61,706 bases of DNA from Patescibacteria group bacterium (GTDB lineage Bacteria; Patescibacteriota; Patescibacteriia; Buchananbacterales; GWA2-38-13), in NCBI GenBank assembly GCA_028712155.1, contig JAQTQO010000004.1, positions 1 through 61,706 of the forward strand. Reading direction: 5' to 3'. The notes beneath the pieces were generated by a model. The model was not told where the DNA came from. It ran no database searches and was given only the letters and a program-made list of their open reading frames with translations. Both the position numbers and the translations under genes were made by a program. Each line of letters begins with the position of its first letter. Position 1 is the stretch's first letter. Below are positions 17,344 to 28,052 of this stretch, piece after piece.

Positions 17344-18570
17344 ATGAAAAAAATTCTTGCCGCCATTGCCGTCTTGGGATGCGCGTTGCCAACTATAGCG
17401 ACTGCCGCCGAGGTTCCCCTGTCGAAAAGACTGACCAGCCGTTTTTTGCTGCAATCCGACGCGCACGATGCGGCCTGGTACGTACACCCGGCCACCAACG
17501 AACGGTATTCCTTGCGCGACTCGGATATTTGCTTTTCCACCGCCGCAAGTTTGGCGCTTGGCATCAGCGATGCCGATCTTGCCAAGCTGGCCACTCCCGC
17601 CGCCCGGAAACGCAATGCGAAACTCGCTTCGCGCCTCCGCGGCCGCTTTCTTCTGGCGGTCCAGCAGCACGGCGCCTTACTGTATTTCAGCCCCGTTGAC
17701 TCCGCCCGCTCTCCCATCCCCGACGGAGACACGTGCCTGACCCTGGCCAAACGCCTCGGACAAAAAGTGAAAACCAAGGAGCTCGCCAGCATCCCGATGA
17801 ACACGGAACAGTTGATCTTTGATCCCGCGTTCAGCCAGGTGGCGTCCGCAAAAATTGTGAACGGCAAACCGGTGGCCGGACGCTATCCCAATCAAATCCT
17901 GCCGATCGCATCGCTCACGAAACTGATGACGGCACTGGTCATCTCGGATCTCAAGCCGGACTGGGAACGAGAAATCACCCTGACCGCCGAAGACCTGGCC
18001 TACCCGCAAACGCAGGTGGATCCGGGCGACATTACCAGCGAGGTGGCGTTTGCCGTCGGCGACACGGTCACCGTCCGTGAACTCTGGGTGGCGATGCTGG
18101 TGTCCTCCTCCAACCAAGCGGCAATTACGCTCGCCGATCACAGCGGCCTGCCGATTCCCGCATTCGTCTCCGCGATGAACTCGAAAAGCCGTGCGCTGGG
18201 CCTGAACCGGACCGTGTTCATTGAACCAACCGGTCTTGACCCCGACAACATCAGCACCGCGGCGGAGATGGCGAAAATCGCCGCAGCGGCTTTTGCTAAT
18301 CCGACGATCGCCGACACGACCGTACTCAAAGAATTTACCATTGCCGCCCGCCAGACGGACGGGGCCATTCGCGCCGTGCCGGTTACCAATCGTAACTATT
18401 CACTCCTGCAATTTAGCGTCGACGGCGCCAAAACCGGTTTCCTCTACGAAGCGCAGCGCACCGTCGCCGTCCGCAAGGGAAACACCATCGCCGTAGTCCT
18501 GCACGCCCGCAGCATGTCGGAACGGAATCAGTTGCTCACCACGTTCCTCGGAGAACCGAAAAAACCTTGA
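17344..18570 (+). CDS. D-alanyl-D-alanine carboxypeptidase (peptidase S11) with N-terminal extension
   Basis: SLTK, SSN and KTG motifs. Signal peptide starts from ATG 17344. Confidence 0.85.
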   Translation: MKKILAAIAVLGCALPTIATAAEVPLSKRLTSRFLLQSDAHDAAWYVHPATNERYSLRDSDICFSTAASLALGISDADLAKLATPAARKRNAKLASRLRGRFLLAVQQHGALLYFSPVDSARSPIPDGDTCLTLAKRLGQKVKTKELASIPMNTEQLIFDPAFSQVASAKIVNGKPVAGRYPNQILPIASLTKLMTALVISDLKPDWEREITLTAEDLAYPQTQVDPGDITSEVAFAVGDTVTVRELWVAMLVSSSNQAAITLADHSGLPIPAFVSAMNSKSRALGLNRTVFIEPTGLDPDNISTAAEMAKIAAAAFANPTIADTTVLKEFTIAARQTDGAIRAVPVTNRNYSLLQFSVDGAKTGFLYEAQRTVAVRKGNTIAVVLHARSMSERNQLLTTFLGEPKKP

Positions 18571-18595
18571 CAACATTTCTCGATCTCCGTATAAT
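18567..18595 (+). promoter_or_regulatory. perfect consensus sigma70 promoter
   Basis: TTGACA-17 nt-TATAAT. It overlaps the stop of the upstream gene. Confidence 0.7.
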
Positions 18596-18601
18596 TCTTC
18601 T

Positions 18602-18750
18602 TAGAAGTGGGTCTTTATCCGACCGACGGTCCCCGTTCACTGGTGACGCCATTCCCTCTCCTGGAGGGGCATCTCCTCTCCCCTTCAGAAATGAAGCAAG
18701 TATAAGGCAACACCTTTACCAGTCCCTGAACGGGGACTTTCTTATTACTC
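18602..18750 (+). promoter_or_regulatory. structured ~150-nt leader or small RNA, unassigned
   Basis: An 11-bp long-range helix GTCCCCGTTCA/TGAACGGGGAC encloses about 85 nt with two hairpins, followed by TTTCTTATT. Confidence 0.45.
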
Positions 18751-18810
18751 AAAGATATTTCCAGGAACAAATTCATTCTCCTGTTTTCAATATCTAATTT
18801 TACTCACTCT

Positions 18811-19413
18811 ATGACTCGAAACCCCCTGCTAATCGCCGGTTACGTATTGGCCGGCCTGTGCCTGGTCGGAATTATCGTGCTGGGCACCATCATGCTGCGC
18901 TGTTCAGCGGTGCAGTGTTACTTTGGGACTACACCGCCGCCCCTGCCTTCGCCGACGCCGTCCCCCCTGGCGGTCAACAATTTTTTAGACTGCGCCAACG
19001 CCGGCTATCCGATCATGGAATCCTACCCGCGCCAGTGCAAAACCCCGGACGGCCGCTCCTTTACCGAAGATGTCGGGAACGCCCCGGAGCTGAACGAATT
19101 GATTTACGTAGACAGCCCCAAGCCGAACGCCATAGTGCAAAGCCCGCTGATGGTCACCGGCGCCGCGCGTGGCAATTGGTACTTCGAGGCGTCGTTTCCC
19201 GTCAAGCTGCTGGATGCGAACGGCAACGTGCTCGTGCAAACGCCGGCCCAGGCGCAAAGCGATTGGATGACCACGGAATTCGTACCCTTCTCGGTCAAGC
19301 TCACATTTGAAGCGCCCACCACCACGACCGGTACCCTCGTACTGCAAAAGGATAACCCATCGGGACTGCCGCAATATGACAACGCCCTGCGCGTGCCGAT
19401 ACGATTCCACTAG
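18811..19413 (+). CDS. Gmad2 immunoglobulin-like domain protein with N-terminal TM anchor
   Basis: The C-terminal 110 aa match the Gmad2 pattern (SPL.VTG.ARG.WYFEASFPV.L.D.NG). Confidence 0.7.
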   Translation: MTRNPLLIAGYVLAGLCLVGIIVLGTIMLRCSAVQCYFGTTPPPLPSPTPSPLAVNNFLDCANAGYPIMESYPRQCKTPDGRSFTEDVGNAPELNELIYVDSPKPNAIVQSPLMVTGAARGNWYFEASFPVKLLDANGNVLVQTPAQAQSDWMTTEFVPFSVKLTFEAPTTTTGTLVLQKDNPSGLPQYDNALRVPIRFH

Positions 19414-19432
19414 TCACCAAACCACTTGATAC

Positions 19433-19464
19433 AAAAAATCCGCAGCTGGCTGGCTGCGGATTTT
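19433..19464. terminator. bidirectional intrinsic terminator
   Basis: ATCCGCAGC/GCTGCGGAT stem. T4 on plus, T6 on minus. Confidence 0.7.
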
Positions 19465-19466
19465 GA

Positions 19467-19604
19467 TTATGGATTGAGCCCTCCGGACGAACCCGGCGAC
19501 GGAGTGTGGTGCGGCGGGTGCCGGCGGCGGGCGACCCGTAACCGCGCAAGGTGTTTGGAAAGTTGAGCAGCGGTATCGGCGAACTGCTGGTCGTCTTTGG
19601 CTTC
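19467..19604 (-). pseudogene. orphan duplicate of the atpC 3' end
   Basis: In the epsilon frame it reads EAKDDQQFADTAAQLSKHLARLRVARRRHPPHHTPSPGSSGGLNP*. No start codon is in frame. Confidence 0.75.
19504..19604. repeat. direct repeat copy B
   Basis: 19504-19556 is identical to 20370-20422 (53 bp). The next 48 bp are roughly 70 percent identical by eye. Confidence 0.9.
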
Positions 19605-20369
19605 CCCATTAGCGTCTCCGGTTGAAATCAATTGTATTGAGCATAACGTTTCCGGCAGAGACTTTGATAATCCCCGAACAGTTGAAAATCACAGTAATCA
19701 ACTTCTTTGCACTTCTCCCGGTATTTCACGAACACGGGATTCTCTTCAATCAGCCTTCTCACGAGAGACACTTCCGGATCGGATAAGGGCGAACAAACGG
19801 AGGCCAAATGGACCGCGTAATACTGAGAAGATACCGCGATGTCGGGGGGGAAGAACAAATTTTTAAAGATAATCTCTCCACCGGGGTAGATATATTTCCC
19901 GTTGGCCGTCCCTCCGCGCCCAGTAATTTGCATGGGAACGAGCATATGGCCGATGAACCATTGGGGGAGGTGGAGGATATTTTTGTACGAAGCAGGTAAA
20001 TCGTTGGCCACCACGAATTGCCAATGATAACTTGACGCAAAGTGGCGAAGTATGTGTTCTCTCTCAATAAAAAAATCCGTATGGATAGACCCTTGCCAAA
20101 TGCAAAAATCCAGGAGTCTATGAAATACGGTGGGTTCATCCGACAAAAATATCCTTAACAGTTCACGGTAGTCAATTTTTTCCCCATCACGAGCACGTAA
20201 CAATTTTTCAAAAATCGCACGCTCCTCTTTATCCGAAACTGGACAACGACAACTCAAAAGTATCCGGAAAAGAAGGTCAAGTGCATCTTGTGAAATTTGA
20301 ATGGCCATATTTATCCTTTCCAGACTACCGTCATGGCTTCGGACTCAATCCTCGGGTACCGGCCCCGGC
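19557..20369. mobile_element. putative integrated single-gene cassette between the two repeat cores
   Basis: Visibly AT-richer than its flanks and bounded by duplicated atpC 3' sequence. No recombinase gene present. Confidence 0.4.
19628..20308 (-). CDS. hypothetical protein (226 aa) on the low-GC insert
   Basis: ATG with SD GGAAAGGA. No motif recognised. Confidence 0.65.
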   Translation of the reverse strand: MAIQISQDALDLLFRILLSCRCPVSDKEERAIFEKLLRARDGEKIDYRELLRIFLSDEPTVFHRLLDFCIWQGSIHTDFFIEREHILRHFASSYHWQFVVANDLPASYKNILHLPQWFIGHMLVPMQITGRGGTANGKYIYPGGEIIFKNLFFPPDIAVSSQYYAVHLASVCSPLSDPEVSLVRRLIEENPVFVKYREKCKEVDYCDFQLFGDYQSLCRKRYAQYN

Positions 20370-20788
20370 GTGTGGTGCGGCGGGTGCCGGCGGCGGGCGA
20401 CCCGTAACCGCGCAAGGTGTTTAGCGAGCTGCGCGGCAGTATCCGCAAATTTCCGGTCGTCTTTGGCTTCAAGCTGGAGCACGGCTGCGCGCTCGCGCGC
20501 CGCTTCGGCCCGCGCGACGTCGATTTCTTCCGCGCGCTCGGCCGAGTCGGCCAGAATCATCACCTGGCTGCCGGGGTTGACCTGCGCCACGCCACCGGAA
20601 ACCGCGAGGTACTCTTCGCGGCCGTTGCGGCGTATGATCAGCTCCCCCGGTTCGAGGTTGGCAACCAGCGGCAGATGGTTGGGCAGCACCGTAATCTGGC
20701 CCATCTGGGTCGGGATGGAAACGGAATCAATCTCGGCCTCAAGCACCAGGCGTTCCGGGGTGGCGAGTTTGAATTTCAACATTGCCAT
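20345..20788 (-). CDS. atpC: F1 ATP synthase epsilon subunit
   Basis: N-terminal beta-sandwich pattern LVANLEPGEL. Basic and Pro-rich C-terminal tail. Confidence 0.9.
   Translation of the reverse strand: MAMLKFKLATPERLVLEAEIDSVSIPTQMGQITVLPNHLPLVANLEPGELIIRRNGREEYLAVSGGVAQVNPGSQVMILADSAERAEEIDVARAEAARERAAVLQLEAKDDRKFADTAAQLAKHLARLRVARRRHPPHHTPGPVPED
20370..20470. repeat. direct repeat copy A (inside the intact atpC)
   Basis: See copy B. Confidence 0.9.
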
Positions 20789-20789
20789 G

Positions 20790-22241
<1,452 letters not shown>

Positions 22242-23141
22242 CTACTTCTCAAGTGCCAGCCTCCCGGCTGAAATTTCCGTGAGCTCTCGGGTAATACCCG
22301 CCTGCCGCAGCTGGTTGTACGAGAGCGTCAGGTCGGAAATTAAGTCGTTGGCCGCATCCGTGGCGTTCTTCATCGCCACCATGCGCGCCGAGTGCTCCGA
22401 AGCCGACGATTCAAGTGTGGCCTGGTACACCTGCATCTCAATGCAGCGCGGCAGTAGTGCGTCGAGCACCAGCTGCGGCGTAGGCTCAAAAATGTGCTCG
22501 GGCTCCTGACCCGTGCCGAGGGCACCGACCGTGCGCTCCATGGCCGCTTTCAGCGCGCTGACCTTGGTCGGCAGCAGCGTGACGGTGAGCGGTTCCTGCT
22601 TGAGGGTATTGTAAAACTCCGTGTACGCCAAGGTAACTTGGTCGTAGCGCTTTTCAAGGAAATCTTTTATCGCCTGGCGCGCGATCGGCAGCGTCTGCGC
22701 CATATCCGTGTAAGAATCGAGCCGCTCGTATTCGGCAACCACGGAAAAACCATAACGCGTCACGAGCGCGCGGCCGCGTTTGCCGAGCAGTATGATGTCG
22801 CAGGCGACACCGGCCGCGACCCGACCGCGCAGGTATGCGGCGACGTGTTCAATGAGCGCCGCGTTGAAGCTCCCGGCCAGTCCGCGATTTGCCGTAATGA
22901 CGACGACCGCCTCTTTTGCCACCTTGGTCCGGTTCGTAAGCAGCGGGTGCAGATGCTCCGGAGTAACCTGAGCAAGCTGCTGCAGAAGTGCCCAGCTCAA
23001 CTTGGCATACGTTCGGCTGGCGAGCGCCGTTCTTTGCGCGGACCGCATCTTCACCGCGGAAACGAGCTGCATCGCCTTGGTAATCTGCCGCGTCGAACGG
23101 ACCGACTTGATGCGCCGACGAATTTCCTTGGAAGTCGCCAT
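22242..23141 (-). CDS. atpG: F1 ATP synthase gamma subunit
   Basis: N-terminal IRRRIKSVRSTRQITKAMQ and C-terminal ITRELTEI. Confidence 0.95.
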   Translation of the reverse strand: MATSKEIRRRIKSVRSTRQITKAMQLVSAVKMRSAQRTALASRTYAKLSWALLQQLAQVTPEHLHPLLTNRTKVAKEAVVVITANRGLAGSFNAALIEHVAAYLRGRVAAGVACDIILLGKRGRALVTRYGFSVVAEYERLDSYTDMAQTLPIARQAIKDFLEKRYDQVTLAYTEFYNTLKQEPLTVTLLPTKVSALKAAMERTVGALGTGQEPEHIFEPTPQLVLDALLPRCIEMQVYQATLESSASEHSARMVAMKNATDAANDLISDLTLSYNQLRQAGITRELTEISAGRLALEK

Positions 23142-23150
23142 ACCGAGTCA

Positions 23151-24665
<1,515 letters not shown>

Positions 24666-24679
24666 AGAAGAAATGAAAA

Positions 24680-25033
24680 TTACTCGCTCGCCAGCACCTG
24701 CCGAAGTTTTTGCAGCTGACCGGCAATACTGGAATCAATGAGGTAATCGCCGTTCCGAATCAGGGCGCCGCCGAGGAGTGCCGATTTCACGGCCACGGTC
24801 ATTTCCGGCAGCGCGTCGCCAATCACCGACTGCTCCTGTGCGCGCGCCACGGCTGCGGTCCGCTCAACGGACTGTTCGGCGATCGCTTGTTCAATCTGCG
24901 GCCAGAGGGTGAGCGCTTTATCAGCGGCAAGTATCTGGACGAAACCGTCCATCAACCGCGGCTGATCGGCCGCGGCCGTCGAACGAACCACTTCGATGAA
25001 CGCCTGCGCGTACTGTGCGGCGGTCGGTTTCAT
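24680..25033 (-). CDS. atpH: F1 ATP synthase delta (OSCP) subunit, unusually short (117 aa)
   Basis: Position in the operon. Typical N-terminus (AAQYAQAF) and C-terminus ([11 protein letters not shown]). Confidence 0.8.
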   Translation of the reverse strand: MKPTAAQYAQAFIEVVRSTAAADQPRLMDGFVQILAADKALTLWPQIEQAIAEQSVERTAAVARAQEQSVIGDALPEMTVAVKSALLGGALIRNGDYLIDSSIAGQLQKLRQVLASE

Positions 25034-25539
25034 TTGGTTTGCCCGGTTATCGCCCCTGCCGCCTGCTCGACGAGCCGGCGGTGCTGTTCCGAAGAAAGAT
25101 TCCCCGGGATGACCTTCGCGGCCGCGGCCACGACCACATCGGAGAGTTCACCCTGCAGATCCCGCAGCATCTGCTCCTTTTCCGCCGCAATTGCAACCTT
25201 GGCCTGCTGGACGATTTTAGCCGCCTGTTCGGTCGCGCGCGCCGCCGCCTCTTTCTTGGTCGCATCGGAGAGCCGGGACGCTTCGGCCAAAATCGCATCG
25301 GCCTGCCGTTTGAAGGCGGTCAGCTGCTCTTGTTTGAACCCCTCGAACTCCTTCAGCTGCTGGGCGGCTTTTTCGGCATCGCTCAACCCGCGCTCGATCT
25401 TTCCACGCCGCTCAGCCATGACCTTCAGCAGCGGTTTGTACACCGCCCAGGTCAGCACGGCGACCAGGATGCCGAAATTGACGACCTGCGCGAGGAGCAG
25501 CCGCCAATCGAGACCGAGTTTGGTCACGAGTTCACCCAT
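25030..25539 (-). CDS. atpF: Fo ATP synthase b subunit
   Basis: One N-terminal TM helix plus a long charged helix. ATGA overlap with atpH. Confidence 0.9.
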   Translation of the reverse strand: MGELVTKLGLDWRLLLAQVVNFGILVAVLTWAVYKPLLKVMAERRGKIERGLSDAEKAAQQLKEFEGFKQEQLTAFKRQADAILAEASRLSDATKKEAAARATEQAAKIVQQAKVAIAAEKEQMLRDLQGELSDVVVAAAAKVIPGNLSSEQHRRLVEQAAGAITGQTK

Positions 25540-25619
25540 AGTGGACCGGGAACCCGTCGCCGCATGCCGCCGGCCAGCCGGCCGGTACCTTCAGCATCCG
25601 ACGCGGGATTCCCCGTTGA

Positions 25620-25853
25620 TTACACGAATTTGATGATCAGCGCCATCACCAAGGCGTAAATGGCAATTGCCTCGGCGAACGCGATCGCCAGAATCATCGG
25701 CGTCTGCAGTTTACCGGCGGATTCCGGGTTCCGGCCGATCGATTCCATCGCTTTGGCCGCAAGTTTGCCGATCGCAAACGCCGGCATGATCGAGCCAACG
25801 CCGATCGCGGCGGCGGCGGCGAAATTCTTCGCGGCTTCTGGGTCTAACGCCAT
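25620..25853 (-). CDS. atpE: Fo ATP synthase c subunit
   Basis: 77-aa hairpin with GRNPE loop and conserved carboxylate helix (FAEAIAIY). Confidence 0.95.
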   Translation of the reverse strand: MALDPEAAKNFAAAAAIGVGSIMPAFAIGKLAAKAMESIGRNPESAGKLQTPMILAIAFAEAIAIYALVMALIIKFV

Positions 25854-25914
25854 ATCGTAGTGGGGTTAAAGTGATTAATTTTGGGCAAATACCCAAATAA
25901 TGTGGCAGTTGATT

Positions 25915-25942
25915 AGTGTAAGGAAAATCGGCTCCTTGTCAA
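25915..25942 (-). promoter_or_regulatory. possible internal promoter upstream of atpE
   Basis: Minus strand TTGACA-16 nt-TACACT. Confidence 0.35.
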
Positions 25943-25962
25943 TGGTGGTCAATTTCCATCCC

Positions 25963-26745
25963 CTAGTGCGCTTCGGCCGTCGCCATCTTGAGGAACACGA
26001 GCGTCAAAATGGAAAACACCAGGGCCTGGATAAAACCGACGAACAGCTCGAGGCCGTAGAACGGCAGCGGCGCCAGGTACGCCACCAACGACCCGACCAC
26101 CATGAGCAGCACCTCACCGGCGAACACATTGCCGAACAACCGGAACGAAAACGAGATCATCTTGGCCACCTCACCGATCAGTTCGAGGATGCCAACGAAA
26201 AATAAAATCGGGCTGTGGAAATTGAAAAACTTGCCCGCGTATTTGAAAAAGCCGATGGTCGCGATGCCGAACACCTGCAGGCTGACCACGGCGATGATGG
26301 CCAGGGCGAGCGTCGTGTTGAGATCGGCATTCGCCGAGCGGAGCAGCGGGATAACCACCGGATGACCCGCGTGTACTGTTTCCACTTCCAGCGGCCCCAC
26401 CAGCGGCAGCAACCCGAACCAGTTGGCCGTGACGATGAAAATGAAAATGGTCGCCACCAGCGGGAAGAACCGTTCCGTCTGCTTGCGGTCGCCGGTCACC
26501 TGGTCGCCGAGGTTCAGCAGGAATTCCAAAATGGATTCGGCCACGTTCTGGATGCCGCGCGGCACCAGCGCCACCTTGCGCCGGATCAAAAGCCCGAGCA
26601 CCACAAGCAGCAGGACCACCAGCCAGCTCGTCAGGAGTGAGTTGGTGATGGGAAATCCGAACACCGACGCCACTTTTTCCGCGGCGAGCGAAATCTCAGG
26701 GCCTTTGGATGCGACCTCCGCTACCGCGTCAACAGGAGGAACCAT
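25963..26745 (-). CDS. atpB: Fo ATP synthase a subunit
   Basis: FRLFGNVFAGE motif. Confidence 0.95.
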   Translation of the reverse strand: MVPPVDAVAEVASKGPEISLAAEKVASVFGFPITNSLLTSWLVVLLLVVLGLLIRRKVALVPRGIQNVAESILEFLLNLGDQVTGDRKQTERFFPLVATIFIFIVTANWFGLLPLVGPLEVETVHAGHPVVIPLLRSANADLNTTLALAIIAVVSLQVFGIATIGFFKYAGKFFNFHSPILFFVGILELIGEVAKMISFSFRLFGNVFAGEVLLMVVGSLVAYLAPLPFYGLELFVGFIQALVFSILTLVFLKMATAEAH

Positions 26746-26783
26746 AGAAAGTAAAGCAATTCAATAATTTCCATCACGGCACT

Positions 26784-27059
26784 TTATTTGGAGTCCGGTT
26801 TTTTTGATTTTGGTGCTGGCGCGTCTTCTTGTTCGGCCTGCCGCATCACGCGAAACGCCTCGCGGAACATCAGAATATTGGTGATGACAAACGATATCCC
26901 CAGACCGACGAGTAAAAACCATGGCGAGGTGCCGAATTTCTTGTCCAGCAGGCGGCCGGCGAGCAACAGGATGACCAGCGGTACGGCGATGCTGTAACCC
27001 AGGCGCCAGGCGAACCCGATCGCCACCCACAGCCCATTATTTCGGTCGCTGCTGGGCAT
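26784..27059 (-). CDS. AtpZ/AtpI-family small membrane protein
   Basis: First gene of the atp operon. Two TM helices, 91 aa. Confidence 0.7.
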   Translation of the reverse strand: MPSSDRNNGLWVAIGFAWRLGYSIAVPLVILLLAGRLLDKKFGTSPWFLLVGLGISFVITNILMFREAFRVMRQAEQEDAPAPKSKKPDSK

Positions 27060-27331
27060 AGCTTTACGCTTGGAAAATAAAAACGCGCCTCACCCGGTGG
27101 CCGGTTACCATCGCACGGGAGCGCACCAATGGCTGTTCATGGGGAAAATCGCCAATTCAAAGCTAGCATGATTTCCATTTCCGTTCAAGGGTAAAAAGAA
27201 TCGGATACCACGGGCGGGAAGGTGCATTCCGACCGGCATTTTTTGGCTCAACCGGCTGCGTATTGAAAAAAATTCTCTGTGCGCCATCCCCATTTTTGAG
27301 AAACAACGGGGAAAAACAGCATGCCGGGGGG

Positions 27332-27360
27332 TTGACAATCATAGAAAAATGATGTATCGT
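27332..27360 (+). promoter_or_regulatory. sigma70-like promoter
   Basis: TTGACA-17 nt-TATCGT. Confidence 0.45.
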
Positions 27361-27467
27361 GATATCCATTATCGGCGTAGGTGGAGATGCTGGCTCAACC
27401 AGCACGAGGTCGTTCACCTAGTCAGCGATAAGATTAACAATTCAATGCGACAAGGTGAACAACCAAC

Positions 27468-27689
27468 ATGCAAGACTTTGGTTCTCGCCCACCGCGGCAG
27501 ATGTACGACGTGTCTGCACTCAACATCAAGTGTGCTGAGTGTGGTACCGACGTCAAAGAATTGCCGTTCCAGCCCTCGACGAAAGAGGACGGGACCTACG
27601 GCAAGATCTACTGCCGTGACTGCAACCGCAAACGCCGGGGTTCCTTCCGGGATTCCGGATTCGGCGGGCAGGGTGGTGGACGCTTCTAA
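27468..27689 (+). CDS. CxxC-x17-CxxC domain small protein
   Basis: CAECG...(17)...CRDCN with a Gly/Arg-rich tail. SD AAGGTGA. Confidence 0.8.
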   Translation: MQDFGSRPPRQMYDVSALNIKCAECGTDVKELPFQPSTKEDGTYGKIYCRDCNRKRRGSFRDSGFGGQGGGRF

Positions 27690-27715
27690 CCTACGCTATC
27701 GTAGTTAGCAATAAA

Positions 27716-27741
27716 ATCCCCCCTCACGGGGGGATTTTTTG
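27716..27741 (+). terminator. intrinsic terminator
   Basis: ATCCCCCC/GGGGGGAT stem, 4-nt loop, T5 (27736-27740). Confidence 0.8.
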
Positions 27742-27745
27742 TTGG

Positions 27746-27964
27746 ATAAAAAAAGGACCGGGAGCGTTAGCGCGCTTCCCGGCCGGTTTCGATGGCGTAA
27801 ACGCCGTTCACTCCGGAGAGTTTTCCGGCCTGCTCCACGCTAGCGTAGCTTGCCGGGGTCCCCAGTGTGGACACAGCGTTGAGTCGCCGTCAACCTGGCT
27901 TTCGCGACGATAAATTGCTTCAAAAGGGTGGGGTTATGTTTGGTGGGCGAATCGCGCGAAAGTT
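27746..27964 (-). ncRNA. candidate ~220-nt small RNA, unassigned
   Basis: Lies between its own minus-strand promoter and a hairpin plus U7 terminator. No ATG-initiated ORF. Confidence 0.4.
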
Positions 27965-27970
27965 GTGCCT

Positions 27971-27999
27971 ATCGTAAGCGATGGATCAGAAAACGTCAA
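27971..27999 (-). promoter_or_regulatory. sigma70-like promoter
   Basis: Minus strand TTGACG-17 nt-TACGAT. Confidence 0.45.
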
Positions 28000-28000
28000 G

Positions 28001-28042
28001 ATAAAAAGAGGCCAACGAAGAATGCGGACATTCCCGTTGGCC
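28001..28042 (-). terminator. intrinsic terminator of the 28053-28889 gene
   Basis: GGCCAACG/CGTTGGCC stem. UCUUUUUAU follows on the minus strand. Confidence 0.65.
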
Positions 28043-28052
28043 GAACGAATGG

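Noticed and set aside
18640-18725. Reading the 18.6-kb leader as SRP RNA because of UCA-GAAA-UGAAGCA...AAGGCA
   Set aside because: The 3' side resembles the SRP domain IV consensus. The 5' side lacks the conserved GG of the symmetric loop (it reads CCCC instead), so the match is probably coincidental.
19301-19609. 102-aa minus-strand ORF starting MGKPKTTSSS downstream of the inserted gene
   Set aside because: It reads the duplicated atpC fragment out of frame, then runs through the terminator and into the Gmad2 gene antisense. The fragment is better explained as a pseudogenised atpC 3' end.
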